DNA of 64,000 nucleotides from Candidatus Bathyarchaeota archaeon (GCA_963780185.1 CAWABA010000006.1:704001-768000); one strand, 5' to 3'. Positions 30,055-40,640 are shown, counted from the stretch's first letter. Translations and numbers: made by a program. Notes: generated by a model not told the origin, from the letters alone.

Positions 30055-31188
30055 ATGTATAGAACGGGCGTTGCAAACCTTCCGCTTCATGGAGGAAAAG
30101 CTCCAAGTTGGCTTACAGTGCGAATGCGCAAACTAGCCAAAGAAATAGCCAACATAATGATTGACGAGTACGGCACTGCAACTTTTATCGAGCGCCTCTC
30201 TGACCCTTACTGGTTTCAAGCGTTCGGCTGCGTCTTAGCCTACGATTGGCACAGCAGCGGAGTAACCACAGTCGTCACAGGCATCCTCAAAACGGCGCTT
30301 ACGCCCGAAGAGCATGGCATCGCGGTGTGCGGCGGCAAAGGTAAAACATCAAGAAAAACCCCGAGCGACATCGCTGTGGCGGGCGAAAAGTTTGGTTTTT
30401 CCGAAGAAACCATCAAAGCGTTAACTTACAGCAGCAAAATGGCGGCGAAAGTTGACAACACCGCTATTCAAGCAGGGTACCAATTGTACCACCACGCCTT
30501 CCTAGTCACTCGGGACGAGAAATGGGCGGTAATCCAGCAAGGGATGAGCGAGCAGGACCGCTCGGCAAGACGGTACCATTGGCTCTCTGAGAACGTAACT
30601 GACTTTGTGGTTGAACCAGAAAACGCCATAGTCGGCGACGTCAAACGGAAGGCCGCATTGAACATGGTGGCGAAAAACAGCGAGGCATCCAGAAAAGCAT
30701 CTGTCGATTTGGCAAAAGAACCCACCCGCAAACTCATGAATCTCATTCAATCCGCTGCGAAACCCCTCAACCAAGCCTCCCTACAAGATTGGATGCCCAA
30801 AAACGGTGACCCATGGCAGCAAACCATCACCAGCCTCAACATGCCCCGCAACATAAACTGGGACACAATGAGCCGCGTCTACGAGTTCCAACCCAAAAAC
30901 TACGAAGAACTTCTAAGCGTCAAAGGCGTCGGACCAGCCACAATCAGAGGCTTAGCTCTTGTAGCCGAGCTAGTTTACGGGGAAAAGCCCAGTTGGGAAG
31001 ACCCAGTAAAATTCAGCTACGCATTCGGCGGCAAAGACGGCGTCCCCTTCCCAGTTGACCGCAAAGCAATGGACGAATCAATCCAAATCCTTAAGCAGTC
31101 CGTGGAGGAAGCAAAAATCGGTGAGAAAGAAAAACTCCAGTCGCTGCAAAGGCTAAGGCGGTTAGTTCCCGAAGGCGCGGATTCTTAA
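30055..31188 (+). CDS. DUF763-family protein (contains HhH motif)
   Basis: LPLHGGKAP.WL, DWHSSG.TT, AKVDN...GYQLYHH, KGVGPATIR, FSYAFGGKDGVPFPV. Confidence 0.88.
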   Translation: MYRTGVANLPLHGGKAPSWLTVRMRKLAKEIANIMIDEYGTATFIERLSDPYWFQAFGCVLAYDWHSSGVTTVVTGILKTALTPEEHGIAVCGGKGKTSRKTPSDIAVAGEKFGFSEETIKALTYSSKMAAKVDNTAIQAGYQLYHHAFLVTRDEKWAVIQQGMSEQDRSARRYHWLSENVTDFVVEPENAIVGDVKRKAALNMVAKNSEASRKASVDLAKEPTRKLMNLIQSAAKPLNQASLQDWMPKNGDPWQQTITSLNMPRNINWDTMSRVYEFQPKNYEELLSVKGVGPATIRGLALVAELVYGEKPSWEDPVKFSYAFGGKDGVPFPVDRKAMDESIQILKQSVEEAKIGEKEKLQSLQRLRRLVPEGADS

Positions 31189-31258
31189 AAATGTCGGGTG
31201 CCAAGACAAATAAACTTTTATTGTTGCAGGTTTACTTATTTGCTTCGTGCTGGAAGGT

Positions 31259-31436
31259 GGGGTCGTAGTCCAGCCAGGCTAAGACGACGGGCTCCAGAAA
31301 GCAAACATATAACGGGTTTGCTGACTCCGCGAGGAGAATGACGAATTTCCGGAGCGGTCTTGAAGAAACCCGTAAAGAACGGCTTTTGGCTGTTCTTGGG
31401 TAAAGGTCGTCGGTTCAAATCCGGCCGACCCCACCA
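31259..31436 (+). tRNA. tRNA-Trp(CCA) with two introns (37/38 at ~31298-31367; 43/44 at ~31374-31403)
   Basis: Acceptor GGGGTCG/CGACCCC-A-CCA; anticodon stem ACGGG/CCCGT with CT-CCA-G; T-arm GTCGG-TTCAAAT-CCGGC; the second insert forms a BHB-like motif. Confidence 0.88.
31298..31367 (+). ncRNA. C/D-box guide RNA encoded in the tRNA-Trp intron
   Basis: D' CTGA (31321), C' ATGACGA; guides ACGGGTTT and TTTCCGGAGC are complementary to the host anticodon arm. Confidence 0.65.
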
Positions 31437-31541
31437 CACCTAATTTTCATTGTTTTTCAGTGATGATTTGTCTGTTGCCCATCTCTAACTTGATTAATCT
31501 TATATTTGCTTAGCACAATAAGAATGAAAGAGCGTAGAAAA

Positions 31542-34500
31542 ATGATGTCATCTGATGCTAAAGGTCACCTGTTTGAAGATAAGGTTGCAAGGCTCTATGG
31601 ATTGATGGGCTATGAAGTCAAGCAAAATATCAGTTTGCTTGGGCATCGAGATCGACATCATACTTGATTACGAACTCCCGGGCGGCGTTCAAACCAAAAT
31701 TGCAGTAGAATGCCAAATTCTCTAAGAAAGGTAATCTGCGCAAGAATGATGCAATGGAAAGCATTAGAGCACTCTCTGATTTGCTCAAAAATGGGGTCGC
31801 GCAGTCCTTAATTATTGTTACAACAAACGGCTTCGCTAAAAATATTTGGGAGACAGCGAATGCGAATAAGATTAAGTTATTGACTTTTTCCGAGTTGCAG
31901 CACAGTATTCTTAAACTTTATAAGTACCTAGACCGGTTAATCGAGAATTTTGACTCGGACGAATTGAGTAGATACTACGTTAATTCACTTGCAAACGACC
32001 AAGAGGGCGAATCTGAGAATGCAATTCTTGTGGAAAAGTACCTTAACACTTGGCTAACCAACCCTAAATCAAATCACCTATCAGTTCTCGGTGAGTATGG
32101 GACAGGAAAAACTTGTCTTTGTAGAAAACTGGCCCACGATTTAGCAATGCGTTATAAGCAAAACCCGTTGACTAATAGAATTCCAATACTCATAAATTTA
32201 AGAGATTATTCAAAGGTAATGACCGTCCGTCAACTGATCACGGATCTTCTAATTAATGAATACGGGCTCCGTGGAATTGACTACCCGTTGTTTGAGCGAA
32301 TGAACGAGGATGGCCTACTACTATTAATATTCGATGGCTTCGATGAAATGGCTCAGAAGGTTTTGTTTGATGATGCCTATTCGAATTTTTCCAAAATTGC
32401 CGAACTTGCAGGTCCGCAGAAAAGCAAGGTGATTCTGACATGCAGAACTGAATTCTTCCGAACACATGCTAAGGAAAAAGAAATACTTGTGGACATAGAC
32501 AAAAGAACTAATTTTTCAATGATTTACCTCAAACATTTCACCGATTCTCAAATTAAGGAATTTCTGAAAAAGAGGGCACCAATGGTTGAAAAAGGAAAGA
32601 AAAAAAGAAAAGGTTGGTTGTACTACTACCAGAAAATACAACAAATCTTTGATTTGCGTGATCTCGCCAAACGGCCTGTTTTGTTGGAACTAATAGTCAA
32701 GTATCTTCCACAACTCATTGAAAAGGATGTTAGTATCAGTGCGTCCACGCTTTATCTTACAACCATTGAAGAGGAACTAAATCGTAGACTTAGAATAGGC
32801 AAGACAGTTATTCAGCGTACTGACCGCATAAAATTAATGAAACTGTTGGCAATGTGGATGTACAACAATGACCACTTATCAGTTTTCTATGAAGATATTC
32901 CCGACTTGCTAAATTTAAAGCAGAACTTCGAACTTAAGACCGCAACCGAAATTGAATATCATTTGAGCGACTTTCTCACCTGCTCGTTCTTAAGCCGTGA
33001 TGTCTCTGGCAATTATCAATTCTCTCACAAGTCGTTTGTAGATTTCTTGGTTGCTAACTACTTTGTCGACGATATTGCAAAGGATAATCAATCTAACTTT
33101 AGAGTGAAACCAGTAACTTTTGAAGTAATCCAGTTTATCAAAAATTTTAATGTCAACGTTAACCGACTCTATGATTGGATTTTATACACTAAAGGCAAGT
33201 CATTTCAAGAAGTAACCTATATAGGTGGCAATTCAGTTTCACTTTTGAATGCACTTGGTGAACAGTTTAAAGATAAGTCGATTGATTTTTCTAATAGTAT
33301 TCTGAACAATGCGAATTTTTCTGGTCAAGACTTGTCTGAGTTGAAGTTCAGAGGCGCTCTTTTAATTAACGCAAATTTAAACAATACCACTCTAAGAAAT
33401 ACTGATTTTTCCAGAGCAAATTTAGCTGGCGCCGCTTTCGGAGAAACAAACCATATACAAGCCCTTGAATGGAGCCCTGATGGACGATACGTTGCGTGCA
33501 TGGGTGATAGTTCGATAAAAATCTGGCGAGCAGGAACTTGGGAGTATATGGCAGAATTGGAGAATCATGTTCCTTTGCTTTCATTTAGTTGGGGACCTAT
33601 TCCCCCTATGGTTATTGGTCAATCAGCTAATCAACTGTCTTTGTGGGAAGATTTCACTCTTGACAAATTATGTATTAATGTACCTACACAAGGGAACGGA
33701 AGAAACATTACGCGCCTAAAATATTTCGCTTATTTGAAAGCTCGAAAATACGTCCCGAATCAAGAAGAAAAATTTGACCCCAGTCTATATCGTCATTCGA
33801 GTGCAATTTATTTGCCCAGAAAAATTGGGACATTTCCATTGAAATGGAATCGGGATAACGTACTGATACTCCGAGATTACGCCCTCCATCTCGACAAAAT
33901 AAATGAACGGAAAGTTGAGTCAACACTATGCAAAATAAATTACGACGCAAATCAAGAGTGTTGAGCACTGCTGTAGGCTATGCGCAGAATTTTCCAGAAT
34001 ACATTTTTCTCGATTCTGTCAATACGGTTATAGGCATTAAGAAAACCGAATGTCAAAGTTCTGTGATCGATAAGATAAAGAGCTTCCAAAGTAATAACCC
34101 CACTCAAATTGCAATTAGTCCCAGCAATAAGTACTTGGCATTCGTGACAGTAAGAGAGTGGAATCATCTTCATATTTGGAACCTGGAAACGGGGACGGCG
34201 AACGTCATCTTGCTTGAGCATTATCCACAACGAATTATCTTTCAGAATGACTTGAAATTACTCGTTTCTTTTTTTGGATTTAACAAAACATCAGTCAATA
34301 AAAAAGAGTCAACCCGATCTTACAGAATTAATTATTACGGCTTTTTTATTAAGCAATATACTATTGATGAATCACTCAAGCCATTTGGACAAGTTTCTGC
34401 AGAGTTTCTTGATAAATCTTTGAACGAGCCAATATTTAGCGGTAAAAAAACATTTATTTTTGCGGAAACCAGAATCAGAAATTTATCAGCTTCAATTGAC

Positions 34501-34737
34501 GGAAAGTATGTTGCTGCCAGCGTGAAGGGGGGAATTGAAATCTGGGATGCTGATAATAATAGCGCTACATTTGGTAAGCATCTCATTAGAATAGAACAAA
34601 GGATTGGCTGTTTGGGAATGAAAATAGGCGGCGCAAGAGGCCTTACTGAGAAAGACCGAGCGTTCTTAATGAAAAGGGGAGCAGTCCTTGAAGAATCCCT
34701 TGAACACATAATGAATAGCGCTCATTCCTCGTACTGA
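31542..34737 (+). CDS. Mrr-like PD-(D/E)xK nuclease - NACHT - pentapeptide - WD40 protein (NLR/Avs-like), three frameshifts (~31648, ~31714, ~33950)
   Basis: GHLFEDKV..L..LMGYEV / EIDI...IAVEC(K) nuclease; LGEYGTGKT Walker A; LLIFDGFDEM Walker B; ILTCR; RPVLL; FSHKSF; ANFSGQDL pentapeptides; WSPDGRY; C-terminal GMKIGGARGL. Confidence 0.85.
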
Positions 34738-34751
34738 ATTTCATTAGTTGG

Positions 34752-34846
34752 CGAATTTCCAGAGAGGTTAAGAAGAAAACCCGCTGAGAACGGCTTTTGG
34801 CTGTTCTTGGGTAAAGGTCGTCGGTTCAAATCGGGCCGGCCCCCCA
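34752..34846 (+). repeat. attR-like direct repeat of the tRNA-Trp 3' portion
   Basis: 46-bp exact match 34787-34832 = 31376-31421, within a longer degenerate match. Confidence 0.9.
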
Positions 34847-34889
34847 AATCTTCTTTCCTTTCACACGAAATCTCTTCTATTTGAAGCTT

Positions 34890-34945
34890 GTAGATGCAAA
34901 GTGTATATGGTTTCCGTATATGGTTTGCCTACCTATCGGGTACCC
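34890..34945 (-). repeat. 56-bp GGGTACCCGATAGG element with 3x8-mer at 13-bp period, copy A (no downstream gene)
   Basis: gggtacccgataggtaggcaaa-CCATATAC-ggaaa-CCATATAC-acttt-GCATCTAC on the minus strand. Confidence 0.8.
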
Positions 34946-35197
34946 TTGCACAAAAACGAAAAGGGGCTTAAACAGCCTATTATTTTATGGCAAATAACTT
35001 GGCAATATCTTCACATCCAGATGCTTGCAGAGTTTAGAAAGGGAAAAAAGCCTGTATACTGGGCATGATAAGATTTGATAAATTTGTTAGTCAAATAATC
35101 TTAAGAGTTTGTTTAGGCTTTAACTGGCTCAAGAGAGGGTGCTTGAAACAGCCTTAATGGCAACGCTGAGATGTGAAAAGATGGGGAGTAATCACTC

Positions 35198-35897
35198 ATG
35201 ACGGTTGAATTTTCAAATCTTCACAAAATCCTCAAGGACCCTACACGCAAAACATTTGAAATGCCTCAGCGAAGGCGGTTCTTTGTCATATGGGGAATTG
35301 ATGGCGCAAGCCGAGGTCACTAACACGGGAAGGTTCAACTATCACCTGAAAATCCTCAACGGGCTAATAGAAAAACAACCCGACGGAAAATACAGCTTAA
35401 CAGAGAAGGGTCGCCTAGCCGTTCAACTGCTCGACAAGTTCAATGAAGAGAAGCCCCAGACGAAAAAACACAAATCAAGAGAGAAAAAGCTGGCGGTAGC
35501 GGCCGTATTGATTCTTGTCGCGATAGTTGCTGTGGCTTCTTTGTTGATAATTATGCAGCCAAAACCCGAAGGCTTCACCGTGACTTATTGGAGGCAGCAG
35601 CCAGACCAGCTTATACCCAACTCAAACGATATCCAATACGTCTTCAACATCACCGGAGCAGACAACTCTATCCAGCTGGCATCAAGCCAAACCCTTGACA
35701 GCCTTCTCGCGCCGCTGACGACCAAGTACCCCGTTGCCAACATGACTCTGGGAGGCTCAACCTTTCCCGCATGGGCCAGTGAGACATTGGGCAACGGAAA
35801 ATTCATTTTCGATTTGACACTAAAAAACAGCCTATCCAGCGGGCAATTGGACTCGTTAACGCATGACCTAAAGCAAGCCTTGAAAACCACCCAGTAA
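35198..35897 (+). CDS. Membrane-anchored winged-helix (ArsR-like) protein, 5' homopolymer frameshift
   Basis: MTVEFSNLHKILKDPTR joins LSYGELM...TGRFNYHLKIL..LIEK..DGKYSLTEKG; one TM; extracellular C-domain. Confidence 0.75.
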
Positions 35898-36222
35898 CAC
35901 CTACCGAAATCAACCGAGCCGCAGAAATAATGAAGAGTTCGTTGCCGCCGAAAACAAAGATCATCTGGGCACAAGAGTTGACAAAAAACTACAAGGCGCC
36001 GTTTCAGTCATGGCAGTAATCACAGGCGTAGAAAGCGCGTTCCTACGAAAAAACGAAAAACACCTAGGACCACTCAGATTCAGCAGATAACAGCAAACTC
36101 TTCTTTCCTTATTTTTTTTGTTCAAATCTCACCTGTTAGGCAACGACGAACGCAATTTCGTTGGATGCCTTCTTATTTTAGAAGGAAGCTTTTCTTTACA
36201 ATGAGCATTGAAGGCAGAAAGC

Positions 36223-36558
36223 CTAAGGCATCTTCTTTAGCGTTTCTTCAATTTCTTTTCGCAAACCAATGTCGTCAACTCTCGGCAGGAGTTCCAGCAA
36301 ACGACCTCTTGTGCTTGTTTCGGCTTTGCCTCCGAGGTTTACCCAATATTTGCCTTCTTGGAGCCAAGCCAGCATCACCCGCGCCTCAACTTCCCAAGCC
36401 TCACTTTTGGCTGACGGAAAAACAAGGCCAAATTTAACCGCTTCCGCCATGAACTTTTCAAGTGCGCCAGTTGCCGTGTAGCCGTTTTTTGAGGCTAATT
36501 CCTTGAAATTCAGGTATAATTGAGGGTCAAGTCGGAATGCTTTGAAAATTTTTGGCGA
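36223..36558 (-). pseudogene. RHH-like small protein, paralog of 45345-45683, with start codon reading TCG
   Basis: PKIFKAFRLDPQLY..FKELASKNGYT...EARVMLAWLQEGKYWVNLGGK. TCG sits 14 nt after the repeat element, exactly where the paralog has ATG. Confidence 0.65.
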
Positions 36559-36572
36559 GCTCTCACTCTCCT

Positions 36573-36628
36573 GTATTGACGAATTGTATTGACTTTCTGT
36601 ATTGACTTTGCCCTCCTATCGGGTACCC
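36573..36628 (-). repeat. 56-bp element, copy B
   Basis: gggtacccgataggagggcaaa-GTCAATAC-agaaa-GTCAATAC-aattc-GTCAATAC. Confidence 0.85.
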
Positions 36629-36692
36629 GTAGCACAAATCTGAGGCAGATTCGTTCTTGTGCTGTTTCAGGCTGCACATTATTTTTCGCCAT

Positions 36693-37004
36693 TCACTTTC
36701 TCAAGGTAATTCGTCTTTTCCAGCCCTGAACGTCTGGCCTGACAAACCTGCGCATCCTGCCTTCAGCATTTACCCGCCCAATAAAATCGCCCAATGTTTC
36801 CTCGTCAACCTCAGAGTGTTCGCCTTTTTGGGCAAGCAGTTTGTTGATGGCGATCGAGTGGTATGCGAGAGAGTTAGCCACACGGATCTTTTCGCTTCGG
36901 GAAAGCGACGGGTCACCCATCATCTTTCGCAACTCAGTCATCAGTTCCCATTCCATGTGGATAAGCTCGTCAACCGTTACTTCTTCCTTAGCAGTCAAAG
37001 ACAT
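36693..37004 (-). CDS. Hypothetical helical protein (possibly mobile-element derived)
   Basis: 103-aa ORF with AGGAAG SD; no recognised motif. Confidence 0.6.
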   Translation of the reverse strand: MSLTAKEEVTVDELIHMEWELMTELRKMMGDPSLSRSEKIRVANSLAYHSIAINKLLAQKGEHSEVDEETLGDFIGRVNAEGRMRRFVRPDVQGWKRRITLRK

Positions 37005-37218
37005 GTCTTCCTTTCTATTTGGGGAAATTTTAGAATGTACTTTTCAGCTTTTTAAGCCACCTAAGAAACGACAGTTTCAAGCAGGGGAGGGATGGCTGAA
37101 AATGAAAGTTGGACTATTCCCATTAAGAATCATGCCATACCGTCGTAGCGACCTGCCCATTTTTTTCCGAGAAAATAATTATGGCCCACTTCTTTCAGGT
37201 ATTTTGTTTTCAATCTTT

Positions 37219-37552
37219 CTAGAATTTCATTAGTATGTCTTCGTTTTCAATTTTTACTGGATAAGATGTTTCGTCTTTGATTTTTGGGTGAAAGAGACCC
37301 ATTTTTGGCGGCGAAATTACTTTGCCAGTTGTGACGTCGAATTTTGATTTGTGTTTTGGACAAGTGACAACATTGCCTTCCAATGTGCCCTGAGAGAGGT
37401 CTCCGCCCGCATGGGTGCATACATTGCTTATTGCATAGAAACTTCCGTTTATGTTCGCGATCAAAACTTCTTTGCCTTGGGATACAAATTTCTTCATTTT
37501 TCCAACAGGGTATCTCTGATTTCTCAGCAATCTTCACGTAGCCTGATTCCAA
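37219..37552 (-). CDS. Rieske [2Fe-2S] ferredoxin, 5' frameshift near 37508
   Basis: VCTHAGG and TCPKHKSKFD motifs; N-terminus MESGYVKIAEKSEIP in the adjacent frame. Confidence 0.88.
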
Positions 37553-37696
37553 AAACTAACTCTCCTACTACTGCTTGTTCTATTGAACCTCTAGGTATTT
37601 CTTGCTCATTCGGAGGGAGTTCAATTTATATTGTCCAAAAAGGAGAATCTATTTCTTTAGCATAATGACTCATCTAGCGACTGCGATGGCGCATTT

Positions 37697-38386
37697 ATGT
37701 CAGAAAAAAGCATTAATAATTCATCAATGACCGAGGAAGACGTTGTCGCAAAAGTCGCTGAGTTAATGGAGACTCTTGATCAAGTCAAAAAATACAACGC
37801 TCTCACTAGTTCTCTGAAGAGATTTGCCTTAATTGTCATTGGCTCTATCCTAGTTTTCCTCGCAGTTGGAGCCTCAATAGGTTTCTTAAATCTAGTGGCA
37901 ACACTGGATAAGCCTCAATTCTTCCTGTTGGCAATTCTACTATTGCTTATCCCTATTAGCGGAATCTCCATAGGGGTATATTTCATTAGGAAAAAAGTAA
38001 ATTCAATCAAAACCGGAGAATGGCAAGAGGAACTCTCACATGGCTTCCCCTCTGCCCTAAAAATTTTGACTGAACTCGATTGGGATAAAACGTTTGATGA
38101 AATATCGTCTGGAAGAGTCGACTATGCCTTGTATAGTCTCTTGAAAGGGGCTGCTTATTTTATCATTACTCTGTTTACGTTAGGCCTTGTAGGTAACCTT
38201 GTGACGTTCATTTTTCTGCATCGGGCATTGTTAGGCGGACCAGTTTTAGGGTTAATTTCACTTTTGGTTGTTTACCTGCTATTGAGAGAAGACTTTGCGA
38301 GGCGTTATAATCAGATCAGGGCGTTAGATAACCTTCTTTGGGAGTTGCGGTGGTTCAGCGTTGAGCTTAGGAGAGCCGAGTTCTAA
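37697..38386 (+). CDS. Hypothetical 4-TM membrane protein
   Basis: Two hydrophobic hairpins; first gene of the apparent wHTH/ABC operon. Confidence 0.75.
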   Translation: MSEKSINNSSMTEEDVVAKVAELMETLDQVKKYNALTSSLKRFALIVIGSILVFLAVGASIGFLNLVATLDKPQFFLLAILLLLIPISGISIGVYFIRKKVNSIKTGEWQEELSHGFPSALKILTELDWDKTFDEISSGRVDYALYSLLKGAAYFIITLFTLGLVGNLVTFIFLHRALLGGPVLGLISLLVVYLLLREDFARRYNQIRALDNLLWELRWFSVELRRAEF

Positions 38387-38657
38387 ACCCGATCTCTACG
38401 TCATCGCCCGCATAATAAAGGCGTTGAAAGAGAAAAACAAGATGAATAAAACTGCCCTCGCTACTTCCACCGGCTTGGCATATGATAAATTAGTGAAATA
38501 TTTGGCTTGGATGTCTGAGCGAGGGTTCGTAACGGTTAATGAAGATGCCCTTGTATGCTTGACTAAAGAAGGCTCTGAAGCCTACGATGAATTAGTGCAA
38601 TGGATAATGAAGTATGTTGGGAAGCTAAAATTCCCCAGACTAAAACTCCGCACCTAA
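38361..38657 (+). CDS. Winged-helix DNA-binding protein
   Basis: MNKTALATSTGLAYDKLVKYL.WM..RG....LTKEG pattern. Confidence 0.8.
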   Translation: MSLGEPSSKPDLYVIARIIKALKEKNKMNKTALATSTGLAYDKLVKYLAWMSERGFVTVNEDALVCLTKEGSEAYDELVQWIMKYVGKLKFPRLKLRT

Positions 38658-38733
38658 ATTTTTACCTCTCCTCCCTCAGAATGAGTTCGCTTTATAAGCT
38701 ACGGAATCCTGTTTGCTCGGGAGATGACTCTTT

Positions 38734-39690
38734 ATGCCATTGACAGATGTTCCAACGATAGAAGCCGTAAAGCTTACAAAAAAATACGGTTCATTTGAAG
38801 CCGTTTCAGACTTGAACATCAAAATTGAAGGCTCAAAATGTGTCGGTTTCCTAGGCCCAAACGGCGCGGGAAAAACAACAACGCTTAAAATGTTCACCGA
38901 TCTGATCCGTCCCTCTTCAGGAGAAGCCTTGATCAACGGCATAAACGTACACACTCATAAGAAAGCGGCTTTGGCTTCTGTTGCAGCGCTTATTGAAACC
39001 CCAGAAATTTACCCTTCATTGACGCCCCGCGAAGGACTGTCGATGATTGCAGAAATCAGAGGAGTCCCAGCGAGCGAGACTAAGAAGAGAATTGAGGAAG
39101 CAGTCGCTGAAGTTCACATGGATGAATGGATCGATAAACGGGTCGGCAGATTCTCCAAGGGAATGAAGCAGAGAATTGTTATTGCCTCAGCGCTTCTAAG
39201 TGACCCACAGATTCTTTTTCTTGATGAACCCACCACCGGGCTTGACCCCAGAGGCATGAGTGAAGTTAGGGACATCGTGAAATCGTTGAAGAGCAAGAAG
39301 CGACTCATTTTCATGAGTTCACATATTCTAAGTGAAGTCTCAGACGTATGCGACGAAGTCGCCATGATAGACCACGGTAAACTAATCGTTTACAACACCA
39401 TCTCGAACGTAACCGCAAAATTTGCAGGCGGAAACAACGTTGTGGAAGTTGGGTTGACGCGTCCGATCGATGGCAGAATACTTTCAAAGACTATTCCTTC
39501 TTTGCCAGGTGTCGTAAACGCTGAAAGAGTCGATGACAACAACCTTAAGATAACTTTCGGCGGAGGCTTAGAGGCTCAAGAGCGCCTGCTTAGCGAGATG
39601 GTTAGGCTGAACCTCGGCGTTGTAAGCTACAAGGTTGCGTCGTCTGAACTTGAAGAAGCATATCTAAAATTGATAAAAGCTACGTTGTGA
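38734..39690 (+). CDS. ABC-2 type exporter ATP-binding protein
   Basis: GPNGAGKTT, FSKGMKQR, LDEPTTGLDP, SSH. Confidence 0.95.
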   Translation: MPLTDVPTIEAVKLTKKYGSFEAVSDLNIKIEGSKCVGFLGPNGAGKTTTLKMFTDLIRPSSGEALINGINVHTHKKAALASVAALIETPEIYPSLTPREGLSMIAEIRGVPASETKKRIEEAVAEVHMDEWIDKRVGRFSKGMKQRIVIASALLSDPQILFLDEPTTGLDPRGMSEVRDIVKSLKSKKRLIFMSSHILSEVSDVCDEVAMIDHGKLIVYNTISNVTAKFAGGNNVVEVGLTRPIDGRILSKTIPSLPGVVNAERVDDNNLKITFGGGLEAQERLLSEMVRLNLGVVSYKVASSELEEAYLKLIKATL

Positions 39691-40550
39691 TAAACATGAC
39701 CGAACCAAATTTAAATTACAAAAATTCAGCACCAGCTAGCCTTACTCAAGCAAGAATAATTACAAAGTACTCGTTACTTGACTACATACGATCCCGAAGA
39801 TTCTACATCCTTCTAGCCATAACAGTCATAATCGGATCAATACTGACAATTGTGGCGCATTTTCGACCCACATTCTTTAACACTTCCTTGCTTGGCTTCT
39901 ACTCAACTTGGTGGGGTCTCTCGGTCTCCTTTGTGGTAGTGCTCTCCGCGATTTTCTTTGGAGGCGATGCAATTTCAGGAGAATTCCAAAACAAAACAGG
40001 TTATTTTGGCGTTCCTAACCCGATTCGACGATCATCAGTATACATTGGAAAATGGGTAGCTGCACTCATAGCTTCAACAGTTATACTCGGAGTATTCACT
40101 GCCATCACAATAGCCAACGGCGTATTCTATGTTGGAGGTGTACCCTATCAATTTGGTGAGTCTTTGCTTTTCGCATGGTTCTACCTCGTTGCAGTTCTCG
40201 GTTTCACATTCTTCTTCAGCTCAGTATTCAAAAGCAGCTCAATGTCCATACTAGTAACCGCTATTCTGTTCCTATTTGCCTTTACACTTATAGACGAACT
40301 TATCGTAAACTTTGTCCAAATTGAGCCTTGGTTCCTCATAAACTACGGCGCAGGAATAATAGGAAATGTTCTGTCATCGCCTTACCCAGGGCATAAAGTT
40401 ACAACAACAGGTCCCGGGTTTGGGGGACGTATTACTACAACAACCACATTCTCCGCTTCAATACCCGAGGGACTCGCTATAATGGGGATTTACTTCGTCG
40501 TTACCGCAATCATAGGCTTGATACTGTTCGAAAGAAAAGAATTCACCTAA
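39687..40550 (+). CDS. ABC-2 type exporter permease
   Basis: About 6 TM; DAISGEFQNKTG...NPIRRS..YIGKW. Confidence 0.9.
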   Translation: MINMTEPNLNYKNSAPASLTQARIITKYSLLDYIRSRRFYILLAITVIIGSILTIVAHFRPTFFNTSLLGFYSTWWGLSVSFVVVLSAIFFGGDAISGEFQNKTGYFGVPNPIRRSSVYIGKWVAALIASTVILGVFTAITIANGVFYVGGVPYQFGESLLFAWFYLVAVLGFTFFFSSVFKSSSMSILVTAILFLFAFTLIDELIVNFVQIEPWFLINYGAGIIGNVLSSPYPGHKVTTTGPGFGGRITTTTTFSASIPEGLAIMGIYFVVTAIIGLILFERKEFT

Positions 40551-40640
40551 ACAGAGCAATCAATGCAAACAGTTAGCCGTTGCCTAACGTCATGGATGAT
40601 AGTAAAATTTAACTACTAAAACATACTAAGGCACGGTCTA

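Larger units (their letters stand above)
31437..34846. mobile_element. tRNA-Trp-integrated cassette (genomic islet)
   Basis: Bounded by tRNA-Trp and a degenerate duplicate of its 3' half; visibly AT-richer than the flanks; no integrase visible. Confidence 0.75.

Noticed and set aside
31236-31439. 67-aa minus-strand ORF (MWWGRPDLNRRP...)
   Set aside because: It is the antisense reading of tRNA-Trp.
34752-34846. Possible second tRNA or split-tRNA half
   Set aside because: It lacks the 5' half and has mismatches in the T and acceptor stems; it is better explained as an att duplicate.
36573-36628. Mini-CRISPR interpretation of the 13-bp-period repeats
   Set aside because: The units (8 bp) and spacers (5 bp) are far too short and there are no cas genes. 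No CRISPR array was seen anywhere in the window.
36510-36692. 60-aa ORF spanning element copy B
   Set aside because: It reads through the cis repeat and overlaps the RHH-like gene out of frame, so it is probably spurious.
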